A stretch of 55,565 nt of DNA, counting the filler, from Bipalium vagum (Eukaryota), in the NCBI GenBank assembly GCA_037834085.1. It is 3 parts of 3 records of this genome, joined end to end, with 100 filler letters (N's around TTAATTAATTAA, not from the genome) between each part and the next. Parts side by side here need not be neighbours in the genome. Positions count along the whole stretch, not along the records: positions 1 to 19,100 come from JBBMKC010010391.1; 2 more parts are not named here. One strand, given 5' to 3'. Position numbers and translations under genes: made by a program. How positions within the stretch are numbered: the first letter of the stretch is position 1; every line of letters begins with the position of its first letter. Shown piece by piece: positions 1 through 13,779 of the stretch. The notes beneath the pieces were generated by a model, which was not told the DNA's origin, did not search any database, and worked only from the letters and a program-made list of their open reading frames with translations.

Positions 1-179
1 GTAATGGTTTTGAGTTTTCCAATAATTATATTGTTATAAATCACTAAATAATTCTAAAAAGCAAAGTATTGTGTCATTAATATTTTAATATTTCAAAAGC
101 TGTAAATGTGTGAAAAAACCTGTTCACCACTATATATTAATTAGGTTATTTTATAAAAACAAAAATATCAGTCTTCAAA

Positions 180-1304
180 ATGAGTGATGAAAAATTGTAC
201 GTTCGGAGTTGCACAAGATATCAATTTGATTTTTGGCAAAAATACATTCCAGGCATTTAAATCAATATGTTTCGTTCTTGTTAATAATGCTGCTTTCCGC
301 AGTACATGTAAATACTGGTATCGTCGATACAAAGAAGGAAATTTTTATGTTACCAATCGACCACGTAGTGGTGCTCCACAGATATCAGCCAAATTGGAAG
401 AACTGCCGAATGAAAATACAGCCCACACGCAAGCAGAACTCGCTAAAAAACTTGCCGTTGATCAAAGAATTGTTGGGAGAGGGTTACACGATATGGGAAA
501 AATTTAAAAGGCTGGAAAGTGGATTGCGCACGAACTTTCTGAAAGCAATATTTTATGCCGATTAATAACATGCGCATCCCTGATTGTTAGACAAATAAAA
601 AAATACTTTTTATGGAAAATTGTCACTGGAGATGAAAATTGATTAATTACAATAATCCACAACGCAAACATTCGTTGGAGGACTCTGGAATGCCAGTTTC
701 TTCAGTTGTCAAAACAAATATTCAAAATAAAAAATCACTCCCTTTGCATCTGGTGGAATATGAAAGGACCCATTCATTATGACCTCCTCCAAGATGGTGA
801 AACCATCTTTGCGGAACGTTATAGCAAACATTTGCTGCATTTGGCTAAAAATATCGAGAAAAAAGACTTTTTTTCGGGCAAGGATTGCATAAGATTGTCC
901 TGCTATATGACAATGTCAGACCGGATGTAGAAAAACATACTCAGGAAACAATTTTACAGTTAGGCTGGGAAGTTCTTCCTCACGCTTCTTATTCTCCAGA
1001 CCTTGCTTTTACAGATTTTCATTTGTTTCATGTTTGAAACATGAATTAGTCTGATGTCGTTTCAAAAATGTTGACCAGATACGAGATTTTGTCAAGAATT
1101 TAACTTGTGTCAAAACCAATATCTTTCTATCGTTCCGGGATTCGGCAATTGCCTGAAAAATTGTAAAAAATTGATTTCCAATAATGGATATTATGTTGAT
1201 GACTGGTTTTATGAATCCATGTCGTATAAAAATAAGTATATTACCTTTTTAATAACATTTAAGTTTTTAAAAAAATGGACTAAAACTTATGTTTACACCT
1301 AATA
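180..1304 (+). mobile_element. Degenerate mariner (DD34D) transposon
   Basis: Frameshifted transposase pieces: [59 protein letters not shown]. Ends in a TIR-like ...TTTACACCTAATA. Confidence 0.88.
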
Positions 1305-1456
1305 TTTAAGTTGTGGAGTATGGCACCTAATTATTATATACATGGATGAAAAATGATATTGTATTTTTCGTTGTTCTCATTTGTTTGTTGATTATTTTTT
1401 TTCATGGCTTATCGTATCTTTGTGATGATTTATCTTTTTAAAAATATCAATATTTT

Positions 1457-1673
1457 TCAAAAAATTCACAATCCCATTTTTCATTCATTTAAAAAAAATC
1501 GCTACATAATTTAACCTAAGTAGATAAAGTAGAATGAAGGATGACGATCATGCCTATTTATTTATAGCTATTGATAGATGAAGTCGTCATCCTTAATTCT
1601 ACTTTATCTACTTAGGTTAAATTATGTAGCGATTTTTTTTATATGAATGAAAAATGGGATTGTGAATTTTTGA
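1457..1673. repeat. Long inverted repeat / foldback (arms 1457-1547 and 1584-1673, 36-nt spacer)
   Basis: Arms are reverse complements over ~90 bp with about 2 mismatches and 1 indel (e.g. AATCGCTACATAATTTAACCTAAGTAGATAAAGTAGAAT / ATTCTACTTTATCTACTTAGGTTAAATTATGTAGCGATT). Confidence 0.92.
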
Positions 1674-2134
1674 GAACTTTTAGTGGTATGTGAAATGTTT
1701 ACCAAATAATAAGTTATACAGAATAAAGAAAGATTTATTGAATAATAAAATCAAGTCAACTTTGACAATAGTATAATGAAAAATCAATAGAAATCACACA
1801 TGATATATGGTATATGGTATACACTCATTAGTACTTTAAGATCAACATCTAAAATTAGTTAATACTTCATTTTTCAAGTACAAACTTTAAGTACAAACCT
1901 TTTTGTGGAACAATAAAACAATACCTCCAAAACATGTTTGCAAGAATCAAATTACTTAATATCTTTTAAGAATTAAAACTATAAAATAATTAATTGTAAA
2001 ATGTATTTATTTCATAATGATTATAAAAAGCAAAATATTCTCTATCAATCATTTAAGGGTAAAATAAAGTCTATAGATTTCTAAGACGTTAACAATTCAC
2101 AATGTCAATAACAGACGACTTTATTGGATCCAGC

Positions 2135-4338
2135 TTAATGATCCTATAATAAATATAAGTGAATATTTCAAAATGACCAAAGATTACTTGAACATTTATT
2201 TTACCATCTTCATAAATAGTGTGAAATTTCATAGGGCATAAAATGTCTTTTCCGGTATTTTCATCAAAAACTTTTGAATATTGATAAGGAGGCCAATAAA
2301 GGTGCAAAGAAACGGCAATGTTGACATGGCTAGGATTCTCCACACGATGCAATCCTATCTTATCTTTATTTGTAAAATAATTTAAGTGGGGAAAGATTAA
2401 CATTCAATTTTTGTGATATTGTATTTCTTTTAACAAGACACAAAATTTATCATTTATTTATTGAATTAATAAATATTAATTAAAATTATATTATAATTTA
2501 AATAAAATTTTTTTAAAAAATATAAATACGTAATATCATCCAATAGCGTTTTATTTTAACAATTTTTATGATTAGCAATTTAAATTGTAACTTAATTAAT
2601 AAATAAAAAATTTAAAATTCTAAGAAAAAAAATTCATTGAAACAAAATAAAATAAAGGTAAAAATGCTATTCCATTTCTTTGGCTTTAATTAGACAGGAG
2701 CCTGTAAAGACTGAATGTTTCGTTTTAAAATCTTTTATTATTATCAAAGCTCAAACTTTTAAGGAAAAAAATATGTTAAGGAAGAAGCAATATAAATAAA
2801 TATTTTATATTGACTAGATAACAGAAATAGTAAGTTCCTTAATAAGGAATGCTTGTCAGTAATATTTCATCAATTCTGTTTATCATTGAACATTATATCA
2901 GTAAATGTAACATGTTTATGTTGTTAAATAAACATTTTATGGTAATATTCGATTTATTATCACATTTATCAAAACTTGATGGATTATTTTAATGTAGCAT
3001 AACATGAAATGGCTATTTACATGTTCATACATTATGTGAAAAGTGTGAGATATGTCAATATGATGTTTGGAAGTACAATATAGATAAATTATTAATTAAC
3101 AATAAATAATTCAAACCGTTTATGTAGGACAGTTCATTTTCCTTAAGATAATTATCTGACAATAGAGTCATTTGCTCATTTGATGATTTTGGCCATTCGA
3201 AACGAGTTTCCTTAAGGCACCCTGTGATAAATTACAATAAATAAATACCAATCGCATAAATAAATCGAATTTTTAAGTTTCATTATAAACCTTCGAGACA
3301 TTTCATTAGACAGTTTGATTCGCTGTGAGCATGGATACTTGAGCCTTGACTTTTATTCCATACAAGTAGCATGAGATTGAAGTGCCCATTACCAGAATCG
3401 ACTAAATGGCGTGTGTACCTATTAAAACATCGTAATAAGATCACTATATAACTAAATAGTATTATCAATAATAACTAAATATTCGTGACTTGTACACAAA
3501 CTATGTACTAAAGTCATCTAATTTAAATGTAAACTTTATATATATAATATTTATTATCGTATTATATATATCAATATTATAATATATCATTATTTATATT
3601 ATATTAGATTATATATTATTATTTTATTTAATCTTTATTAATAGTTAATAAAAGAAATCAAAAAACTCTTAAAATTGTATTAAAATTTCAAAATATATAT
3701 TATATATATTAATAAATTTAATAATATATTATTACATATTATTTAATTTATTATAGACAGAATTTTTTTCCGATGAAATTTTTAAAACAGTAACATAAAA
3801 AATAGCTTTGTATTTTATTAAATGTCAAAGATCACTAAATTCGTAAGATATCTTCATGCTAAGATTAACATTATTTCCATATAAACACGATTGATCACCT
3901 GAGAAAGATGAAAATAATTTCTTAATTAATATTTTTAATATAAATTTATTTTGGAAATAAATTTTATTAAAATAAAAAATGGAAATAAATTCTAATTTAT
4001 TATTAAAGGCTGCGTAAAATTGAACCTTGATATAAATATAAATAATTTTTCAAAGGAGTTGTTGAGTGAAAATAGATTTTGAAACATTCATGAAAATTTT
4101 AATGGAATATAATGAACTTACGATGCTGTGGAAGACACAATACTGGAAAATACAATTAATAAAATAAATAATATAAATTAAGTAACTCTCGTTTTTCTCC
4201 AAAAGCGTACTGTTGCCATTCATTGTCCAAGCACTCGTACGATTTCATTATATGTTGAATTTTATATAAATCTGGTTTATTATTCCTAAATTCTTCATAT
4301 ATACATGAAATAACATTTTCGAGTGAAACGTGGCTCAT
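2135..4338 (-). CDS. CDO1: Cysteine dioxygenase type 1 (spliced; exons ~4338-4187, 3418-3291, 3221-3117, 2363-2188, 2143-2135; optional microexon 4142-4122)
   Basis: Spliced translation: EWQQYAFGEKRE|YTRHLVDSGNGHFNLMLLVWNKSQGSSIHAHSESNCLMKCLE|GCLKETRFEWP...LSYIN|DKIGLHRVENPSHVNIAVSLHLYWPPY. It retains the CDO 3-His iron site (HxH...GLHRVEN), YTR, the crosslink Cys and SLHLY. GT-AG junctions are phase-compatible. The last 44-nt intron (2187-2144) is inferred and gives the C-terminus KINVQDH*, followed by AATAAA. If it is retained, the ORF ends at 2089. Confidence 0.93.
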
Positions 4339-5794
4339 TATAATTATAAAATAAAAATAATTTTTAATAAAAAGTCCTGATGTACTTATTTCTTGTCTTT
4401 AATTAATAAATAATAATGAAAGGCGGATAATCAAAATTTATTTATATGTTAGAAATAAGAGAATGATTGAATTAGAGAATCTAAACAAGATCAATGAATA
4501 AATAAGTAAAATATCGTTGAATTATTTTTCATTTATTAATATCGATTGATTTTTTTGTTCATAGGAAATAATTTAAACTTAGTAAAATATTTTGTCAAAA
4601 AATCCGAAAATTTTTTCAATATTTTTCACTCATCTATCTTAATTTTAACACATCAATATATCGAATTATAAATTTCGCGCATGTTTTTGAAGAGAAAATT
4701 AAAAATGTAAATTTTTCATTGAAATTACTTTTATTAATCAGCATAATATCAAAATAATAAACTTATTACAGTGCTCCGATAATTCCATTTCATATTGGCA
4801 AATCGATTATAGATCTGTAAATTAGTGTTATACAACTGATACGGACTTTGAATCGTTTAGATTACAAAAAAGTAAAGCTCATGTAATTAAAGGTAAAAAT
4901 TCTGTAACAATTTAGAACTTTCACGTTAAATCAATGGCAGCAATCTGCACAGAAAATGTCCAGAATTAAACTCGTTCTTCCAACCTTTATTAGAATTAAA
5001 AGATAATTACCAAAAGCATGAAAAACTTTTCTGTATACTTTAGAAACTGATTTTGATTCTAATTTAGCATTCAGAATCACAGTGTTCATAATTCGTTTCG
5101 AAGTTCAGATTTTTATTAATAAAAGCATATATAAAGTTTTTAAATGGACCCAGGTTGTTGAGATTTTTTTAACCTTTAATTATCTTCGTTTCTCTAGATT
5201 TTGTTTTTAATTTATTTCTTATCAAATTATTTAGTAATTTAGAAATTTCACATTAAATTAGGGATGGGAAATTTTAAGGGATACCTCGATGGCAATACAA
5301 TAAGTGTTTTTGTTAAGAAATTCATGAGTAAAAGTAATTCCTAAATATTCATCTTTCATGTTAATATAAAGATATATTACATTAACGAAGTCAGTTTTTT
5401 ATTAAGATTCTTCGCAATTTAACTCTGAACACGAGTTAGATATGCTTATTATTTACATTTGAAAAATACTAAGGAAATTTCAAAACTAAAAATATATTAC
5501 CATGGTAATTTAAACTTATTTATTTTGAAATCTTTTAATTCTCACAATTCATTAAAGTATAATGAATTGAATTATGGTTACAGAAAGTCAGAATAATATT
5601 TATATTTGTTTAAATAATATTATATTTAGTGACATTTTGAAATAAATAAATAAATATATTTTTCTTAAATCGCGGCCATAATTCTTATTGAGATGAAATG
5701 TCTCGCATTAATGCTTGACTGTATCATATTCGGGCTGGTCCTTTCCCATTTTCTTTAAGATCCTGTCATAATGGATAAGAAATAATATTCTAAT

Positions 5795-5824
5795 AATAAT
5801 ATTTATAATAATAATAATATTTAT

Positions 5825-5868
<44 letters not shown>
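5795..5868. repeat. (AAT)n microsatellite
   Basis: Direct reading; it produces the spurious poly-Ile ORF 5708-5905. Confidence 0.9.
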
Positions 5869-5871
<3 letters not shown>

Positions 5872-6303
5872 TAAATATTTTTTGATCATTTGAAAGAGCC
5901 ATCAATTATAAAATCAATTTAATACAGATAAACAAATAAGAATGATTACCTGTTTTATGAAATGAAAAATCTGGTTTTTTATGTAATAGAGTATATACAG
6001 TACCTGCATAAAGTATTCGTACGATCACCTTTTTCATAATAAAACTTAGATTTAGAAAAGATAAAGAAACTAATTGAAGTGAAACACAGTATTTATATGT
6101 AGTACTGATCTAATGCATTGTAACCAACAAAACATTTGTTTAAATTTAATTATCAAACAATATTTTAATTACATAAAATAAAATTTGTGCAAATATCTTG
6201 TATTATATATCATATTACAAATTTATAGATTTCTCATCGCAACCACCCAAAAATTATTAAATCAACCTCACAATACAATTTATATATTATAATATTATAA
6301 ATA

Positions 6304-7522
6304 TGTTATGGGTACAAAAAAATAATGCAGATTTTTTAAATAAAAAAAGTATGGTAATTTCGAATAAAAAATAATTTTTTAAAAATAATAGCCATTGTTA
6401 TCATTACATTTCTTCCATCTTTCAGTCAATTTATAGATGCCATCTCAAAAGAACTTTTCTTATTTCGAGGCGAATCATCCAGAGACCCAATTTTGGACAT
6501 CTTCGTACGATTTGAAGTGCTGCTCATCAAGTTCATGTGCCATTGAAAGGAACAGCTGAAAATGGGTGAATACGGCGAGTGGGTGAGTACTTCCCATTTC
6601 ATTTCTTTTAACATGCTTTTAACTGCTTTAGAAGTGTGATGGGTTGCGTTATCATGTAGAAGAATTACTTTGCCATATTTATTGGCCCATTCTGGACGTT
6701 TAACTATTAAAGAATGATTCAGCTGAACTATTTGGTCTTGATATCTCTCCAAATTAACATTTTGAGATGGTTTGAGAAGCTTATGGTACACCAAACCTTG
6801 CTGATCCCACCAGACGCAGAGCACTCTTTTCTTTCGAAGCAGTCTGGTCTTGAGGTTTGTTTTGATAGATGATCTGGGTTAACTCATGCTTTCGTATGTT
6901 TGGGATTTTTAAAATAAATCAACTTTTCATCTCCTATCAATAGTCGATGGAAGAAAGACTTTCTTTCGTGCTGTTGTAAGAGCATGTACCTGACTAATTT
7001 TCGGTTTTCTACCATCTGGTATAGATTTCTATCTATCATGTAGTATAGATTTCTGGGTAACACATAATCTTATGGCAAGTTGATTTTGCGATTGACAGGC
7101 ATCTTTATCCAATAAATTTTGTAATTAGTGGTTTACAAATTTGGAAGGACGGCCTGGACGATTTGTATCCTTCACACTGAAATCATTACTTCTGAAGCGT
7201 GAAACCAACACTCGCATGTGTCTTGAGATACTACATATTTTCCATTAACATTGATAATATTCTGAAGCTTTCTGCGGCAGTTTTTTTCATCATGAAGTTA
7301 TGAATAAGAACTTCCAGCAAAAGTTCTTTGCTTGACGTAAAGGTTGACATATTTAGATCTAAAAATTTTGAAATTATTAATATATTATGAAAATTTAAAT
7401 GATTACCCTATTAATTAGATATTATTCAAAAAATCGATTTATATTTCAATTCACAATTATATTTCGATATCTCACTAAATCTATTTTAAATAAATTCGCA
7501 TTATTTATTTGTATCCTTAATA
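6304..7522 (-). mobile_element. Near full-length degenerate mariner (~1.2 kb) with both TIRs
   Basis: ORF LCVWWDQQGLVY...VILLHDNATHH...WEVLTHSPYSP. TIRs TGTTATGGGTACAAAAAAATAATGC (6304) and reverse complement TATTAAGGATACAAAATAAATAATGC (7522). Confidence 0.9.
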
Positions 7523-7884
7523 CTATTCAAAGTTATATAAAAAATGAATGAAAACAAAAATAATTAAATGAAAAAGTTTTAGAAAATATAGCTTGTTTCA
7601 CCGAATTATTGTTGAAGAAAATATTTAAATTTCAAAAGAGATCAAAAGCTTTATTTTAATATAAAAAGCAAAAAAAATTAATGAAATAATTCCAGGGAAA
7701 CTCAAGTTTTGACGAAAGTATTATTATTAGGGCTCTTGACAATTAAAACTTGAAAATTTAACTTTGTGAAAATGAACAATTAATTAATAGTTAACTTTCA
7801 AGATGAAGATTCAAACAGAAATATAACTAATATACATTTATTTAAAAACAACACAGTTTATTAGTAAAATATCATTGGATAACG

Positions 7885-8270
7885 TAAAAAAACTAGCAAG
7901 TTATCTGAATTAGGTTTGAGTGATGAACGCATCTTGTTAAAAATATGACCAAAAAGAACTAAAGATACGAAGTTGTCGGAATGCACAAGGCTCCTCTTTG
8001 TCAAAACAGATTGAAATTGATCATTCGATTCTGGAATTTTTTTCTCTTTGTTATCTATATAACTCGTTCAAATTATTTTCAAAAATGTCATCGATTAAGT
8101 CTCAGTAAAATAAATTTCATTTCTTTTAAAATGGGTATGTTAATCTCTACTTTTATCTGGTTTCCAATTCCATTTCTGAGACATAGTGACATTTTTTCAT
8201 GTATAATTTTCCAAGTATTTTCCTTTAATATATTTTATATTTTAGTCTGAAACCATCCTGGAATTAAGAT
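7885..8270 (-). mobile_element. hAT transposase C-terminal dimerisation-domain relic
   Basis: Minus strand reads LCIPTTS (7988-7968), then after a frameshift GHIFNKMRSSLKPNSDNLLVFL. This matches the hAT consensus LCIPATS..SER.FS..G.I....R.SL.P......LVFL. Confidence 0.7.
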
Positions 8271-8578
8271 AATACGTACTAAAGTAAAATTTGAAGCATG
8301 ACAATTTTTTATTTAAGAAAACGTGCAGCAACATGAAATGCTTAATTCGATTAAATGCATAATTGATTGTTTTTAACTTCATTTCATTTTTCAAACAATA
8401 ATAATTATAATTATGTTGAAATGTAATCATTTGTGGAATTTTCAAAATATTAATATAATAATAATATTATTGCTTTTTATTGCTATAATTATTAGTTCAC
8501 AATTTATCAATAAAGTGAATTCATTGTCAAATTGTTTAATCATATCAACATCATCTTTATTTAAAAGTGTAAAATGAA

Positions 8579-9114
8579 ATGAGTCTATTTGATCTAATAT
8601 ACAAGGTTAAGTTCAATTTGTTCAAAACTGAAACTTTTGATGACTTTGCCGACCGGTTAAGCTTTAAATTCTCATGTCTACTTTTACTAGCGCCTAGTGT
8701 GATAATTTCGTTTAAGCAGTATTTTGTGAGACCCATCTCTTGCTATATTGCAACGGAACCTGGTGGCAAATATCTAAAAGATTATATGGAAAATTATTGC
8801 TTTGTGGAAGGAACCATTCCAGTAAAATTCTCAGCCCAATTTCCAAGTACTGAAAAAGAATGGAAGCTTGCTGAAGAAAAAAAGATTTGTAGGTGCATTT
8901 TTGATTTTAAGAATTAAAGATTCATTCAATAGTATTTATTTAGTTTTCTTTGTTTGAATTAGATAGGAAATATTTTTATTAGCTCTATCAATTAACTGAA
9001 CCAGAATTGTGTAGAAAGCTCCCTTTAAATTTGTTATAATCTCATATTTATTATGACTCAGATATCGTCACAAAAATAATTTTATAGTTTATTATTAATA
9101 TTTTATTATTATTA

Positions 9115-9176
<62 letters not shown>

Positions 9177-12100
9177 TAGTATTTTGGTATTATTAAGTGC
9201 AATAAATTAAATAATTTTATAGCACTTTGGTTATCATTATTGATAATATTATATTATAATTAAATAATTAAAACAACCCTATTATCGATATAATTAAAAT
9301 TAATTTTAACTCAAAAAATTTAAAATAATTTGGACAATGATATTTAAGGTTTTTGATCTTTTACAGAAATTATAATTTAATTTTTTAAAATAATAAGTAA
9401 GGAATTTTTGTTATTATTTTATTATTAAGAGTTTATTAATTTTCAATAGTGCTCGTATAAAAATAATTAAATAAAAAATTAAACTTAAGTCCTACCAATT
9501 CTCAAGGTCGTTTAGGAATGAATTAAAAAATCTAAACCTTTCTTTAATAAATCTAAAATTGATAATGAGCATTATTTAGACCAATTAAATGATATAAACT
9601 AGTTAAAATGATATTTAAAATAATTTTTCTTTATGGATTCACAGAGAACATTCTGATAAAATAATTCTAATGATTCTTCATGACAGTGGATAAATGTCTA
9701 TCGGATTTATTAATGTCAATATTTTCTGAAATCAAAATTAAATAAGATGACAAAAAATAAAGCTTCTTCAAGAACTTTTAATGATATAAATATTTTCTTT
9801 CAATTATCAAAAATATTTTTGAAAAAATAATATAATTTTTATTATTTAAATATTTTAAAGTTTATTTTGTTTTAATATAATACTTCTAGTTTTAATTTTT
9901 TTATATTTAGGAAGACAGAAATATAATTTTATAATTTCAGAAATGTTATTACAGTCTTAGAATCGATAATATCACAATTTTAAATATCACATGTCAATAT
10001 ACAGATGGCAGTAGTTCACTTAAACAAAACTAAATTTTCAAAGACTTAACCCTTCTCGACATAACTTTCGTTTCCATTGGCGCACTTTTTCGAGCGGTCG
10101 GCCGTTACAAGAATCCTATCACTTGTTCGACAAGATGAAAATTATCGGATTCAGTTATAAATGGTCACCCGAGATGGGATTTTCTTACCATATACCTCTT
10201 GAAAATGATTTATAATTTCTTTCTTGCCATATTCCTTGAGAAGTAAATAAACGGATCTCACTGTGAATTTTACGTTTTTGAACATTTTTTTGAATTAATC
10301 TAATTTAATTCAAATAATATTCAGACTAATCGTATATTTCATACTTATACGATATATGGTTATCCTACGTACCAAAGTTTATTTAATTATGTTCCGTATT
10401 TCTGGCAGAGTTTGTGTCCATATTCAAAATAGGCAGACACAAATTAATTTTCACACCCAAAATCATAACATCAGATTTCAGTTTGTTCACGAGTGTCTGA
10501 AAATCCTCCATGTTGATCTTATTTCATAATTACGCCATTCACGTCAGAACTCCTGAAGATATTTTGCTTAGAAATTCGTTTCTTTCAGCTTAGATTTGAA
10601 CTTGACCCAATAGTTGTTGATCAGATGTATACCAGACAATTTGATAGATTTAATTCTTTTGGAACTTCCTGAACTTCTCTACCATACTGACAAGTTGCCA
10701 AAACAAGAAAGCAATGGAACTCAAGAAATGGAAACATTGTTTTTTTAAATTTTCCATAACATAAATTTTGGTATTGACTGTTTCTTTAATTAAAATTTCT
10801 TCACCTTTTCATCCATATGAACATATAGGTTCATATATAAAATATTTTCATGCATACTTTGATGTTTTCTTATTCCTGTATTTGAGATGCGTCTCCTCTC
10901 TGCGTCGAAACATAAAAATTCTGTCCTTCAATTTGATTGAAGTCAGCGATGTTTCATCATCCATAATGTAACAGTAAAATTTTAATAAAAAAATATAGAA
11001 TTGTATAGTTTGTTTCTTGGCTTCTAATTCTTTATCTTCATCTCTATTTGGAAGTTTTAGAACTTTGAATGTCATCAACCAGACTTACGTTTATTTCTAT
11101 GAACAGATGATGCTGAAGTTCCAACATTATTGTTCAATCTGTGCATCGATAGATTCGGGTTTCTTTTTAGTTCTTATAAAACTTTCTTTTCAATTTTCTT
11201 ATCTTCTGCATTATTTTTCTGCCAAAACTTTTTTCTTTTCGATGGTTATGGTCTGTCTTATAAGTTGACAAAAAATGTTGTACTCTGGATTGAGATTCTT
11301 TTAATTCTTTGATTATGTTAGATTGCGAAAATTGTCTACTAAGTATTTGTCCAGAGTTAGTTTTTTTTGAATAAAAATTTCATTCTTTGTCATATTGATT
11401 ATCATTAATGTGATTAAAGAAAAATGTGGATTACATTAAATACAGGGTCTTTCAAAAGAAGCTTTAGTACTTTTAACATATTAAATACTAAGTAGTTTTT
11501 GTTCAAATAAATTAATATTTAACATTATTCTAGCTAAACATTTGAAAATTAAATATGGATCGTTATAATATGAAACAGCGGGCAGAAATTGTGAAAATAT
11601 TTTAATTGTAAACCAAATCTGCATGACATATAATAATACATTCGAAAAAATTAGAGTGTATAAATATGTCAGATATTTTCTGAAACACTCTTCTTAATGA
11701 TATATTTCAGCAATGAATATTTATTTAATATATATTTCAACTTTAAATAATTGATTGTTTAGGTGCAATAAATTTTATTATTATTAAAATTAACTATTAT
11801 TATTTGACTTCGTAAAAAATTTGTTTTAATTAATTAGTTTTATTCATCTAGTATATTATCAGTGGATTCCTTTCATTCTCACATTACAGGCACTAGGGTG
11901 CTACATTCCACAGCTGATATGGCGTCTATTTTATATTAATAATAGCGGAAAAGAGATGGAAAGTTTGATTTCTAAAGTCAATAAAGCCACAAATATGGAC
12001 AATAACTCTAGATCGAAAGAAGTGAACCATTTAGCGAAGATTCTTGAAGGAATGATTTTAGAGGTGTTTGTATATTTTATTTTTCTATAACATTAATATG

Positions 12101-12918
12101 TCAGTCAGAGTCAAGAGGAACAAAGTGGCGAATCAAAGAAATCATGTTTTCTGTATCTATTCAAAAAATGCTATGAATCTTTAATTCTTGGTAAACGACT
12201 TGGAGCTTATCTGATGTTGTTTTACCTTTTAATCAAAATTCTTTATCTTATCAATTCTGTTGGTCAGCTTTTCTTCATGCAAACACTTTTGTGTTGGAAC
12301 ATGTCAAATTGTACGTTTCTCAGTAGAAACCTGTTTTCTTTCTTTAGAAATCAACATGATTGGGAAGAAAAGTCAACTTTTCCCAGAATTGGATACTGCA
12401 GAGCTCAACTTCAACTTTTAGGAGGTTCTAACTTTGTAGTAGCTCAATGTTCCTTACCAATCAATATGCTAAATGAAAACGTTTATGTCTTTCTTTGGTA
12501 TTGGATGCTGATTTTATCTATAATAACATTTTTGAGTATCATTCGATGGATCTTTAAATTATTTGTTCAACATAACAAAACAGATTTTCTAATAAAATAT
12601 CTAAAGGTACACAATGTTGAAGAGAATAAGAAAATGTTAAAACAACGGATTAAACGATTTGAGAGAAAATTCTTAAATCAAAACGGGTTTTTCATATTGA
12701 AAATGATAGCGGAAAATTCGGGAGATCTGATCGTTGCCGAAATTGTGACCAAATTGTATGACATTTATAAGATTAAATACTCTAAAAGAGGTGTAAGTTG
12801 GGATACTGGCAAAAGCTGCGAAGTTAAAGAAGGGTCGTCTTTACTGTTGAAATTGAAAAATAAACATTCATATAGATTTTCAACGCCAAATGCACCTTGC
12901 GACGACGAGAAAGATTGA
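8579..12918 (+). CDS. Innexin (gap-junction protein), 3 exons 8579-8888, 11852-12063, 12109-12918, ~443 aa
   Basis: DDFADRLS N-terminus; extracellular loop 1 PISCY...ENYCFVEGT; signature YYQWIPF at the start of exon 2; loop 2 FPRIGYC...QCSLPINMLNE.VYVFLWYW; C-terminal NGFFILKMI.ENSGDL. Junctions T|GTAGGT...CTAG|TA and GAG|GTG...TCAG|AGT keep the frame, and the 45-nt intron 2 contains an in-frame stop. Confidence 0.95.
9100..9174. repeat. (TTA)n microsatellite in innexin intron 1
   Basis: Direct reading. Confidence 0.9.
10050..10285 (-). mobile_element. Mariner transposase N-terminal HTH fragment in innexin intron 1
   Basis: EIINHFQEVYGKKIPSRVTIYN*IR*FSSCRTS resembles the mariner HTH (VYG...S..TV..W...F..GR.S). 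Confidence 0.65.
10420..11392 (-). mobile_element. Degenerate DD37E-like (ITmD37E-type) Tc1/mariner transposase in innexin intron 1
   Basis: IMDDET motif, then LATCQYGREVQE, VPKELNLSNC and INNYWVKFKSKLK. These echo the DD37E pattern MDDET...DLASCHY...VPK..NPPN.P...IE.YW. Confidence 0.6.
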
Positions 12919-13779
12919 ATAGTTCCAAAGTGTAGATTTGTTCATCAACTTTTGTTTATTTCAAAAATAAAATAAAATATCTTATTTGATTTCAGTTTAT
13001 ATATTTTTGAAAATGAAAAATTATTGTTACCATTTTTTATATTAAAAGATGGTTACAGCATTTTATTTATTCTCTAGTATTGGTATATCTGACTTATTAT
13101 TCCTCATCATAAGACTACTTAGGATCGAAAAGTGCGGAAAAAGAACCACATGAAAATAGAAGCAAAGAAAGGCAGTACAATTAATAAAAAAATAATATAT
13201 GAATAATAGTTTATTTTTGATTGAGGAGATGTAACGGTATATGGTATTTATTACGATGTTAATAAAACAATTAATTTACCCGGTTATTCCCATCTTGCTA
13301 AATAAAAATATCACTGATACCCTCACTACCTATGACTACAGTGATTTATGAGTTGTTGATGTTTTATAGGTATATGAATAATAGGTATTTCAACTTGGAA
13401 ATAATAGAACAAGGAGATTTCTTTTACATTGAAAAAATTTATTTTTAATGACTACTTTCCAGAAACCCAGTTATTAATTTTATTAAAGATAAAATTTACA
13501 ATACTTGGGTAGAATTATTTAAAAATCAGATGATTTCTTAGAAGATCGTAGAGATTATGATACAAAACAAAAATCACCTATGGTACATGGTTTGGATAAA
13601 AGGTCTTTAGATGCGCACAGAAACAAAAATAAGAAGTCCATGAAATTTTCTGTAACAAAATTAATATCAAGTTGTTAAATAGGAAATTTGTAAAATGAAA
13701 TACTAAGCTCATTGAAAAATTACAAATACAAGGAATTATGTTATGTAACCAAATATGCACAAATATTGTCTCTACAATT

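Noticed and set aside
5708-5905. Poly-Ile ORF (and the poly-Ser/Tyr ORF 19153-19365)
   Set aside because: Translations of (AAT)n and (AAG)n microsatellites.
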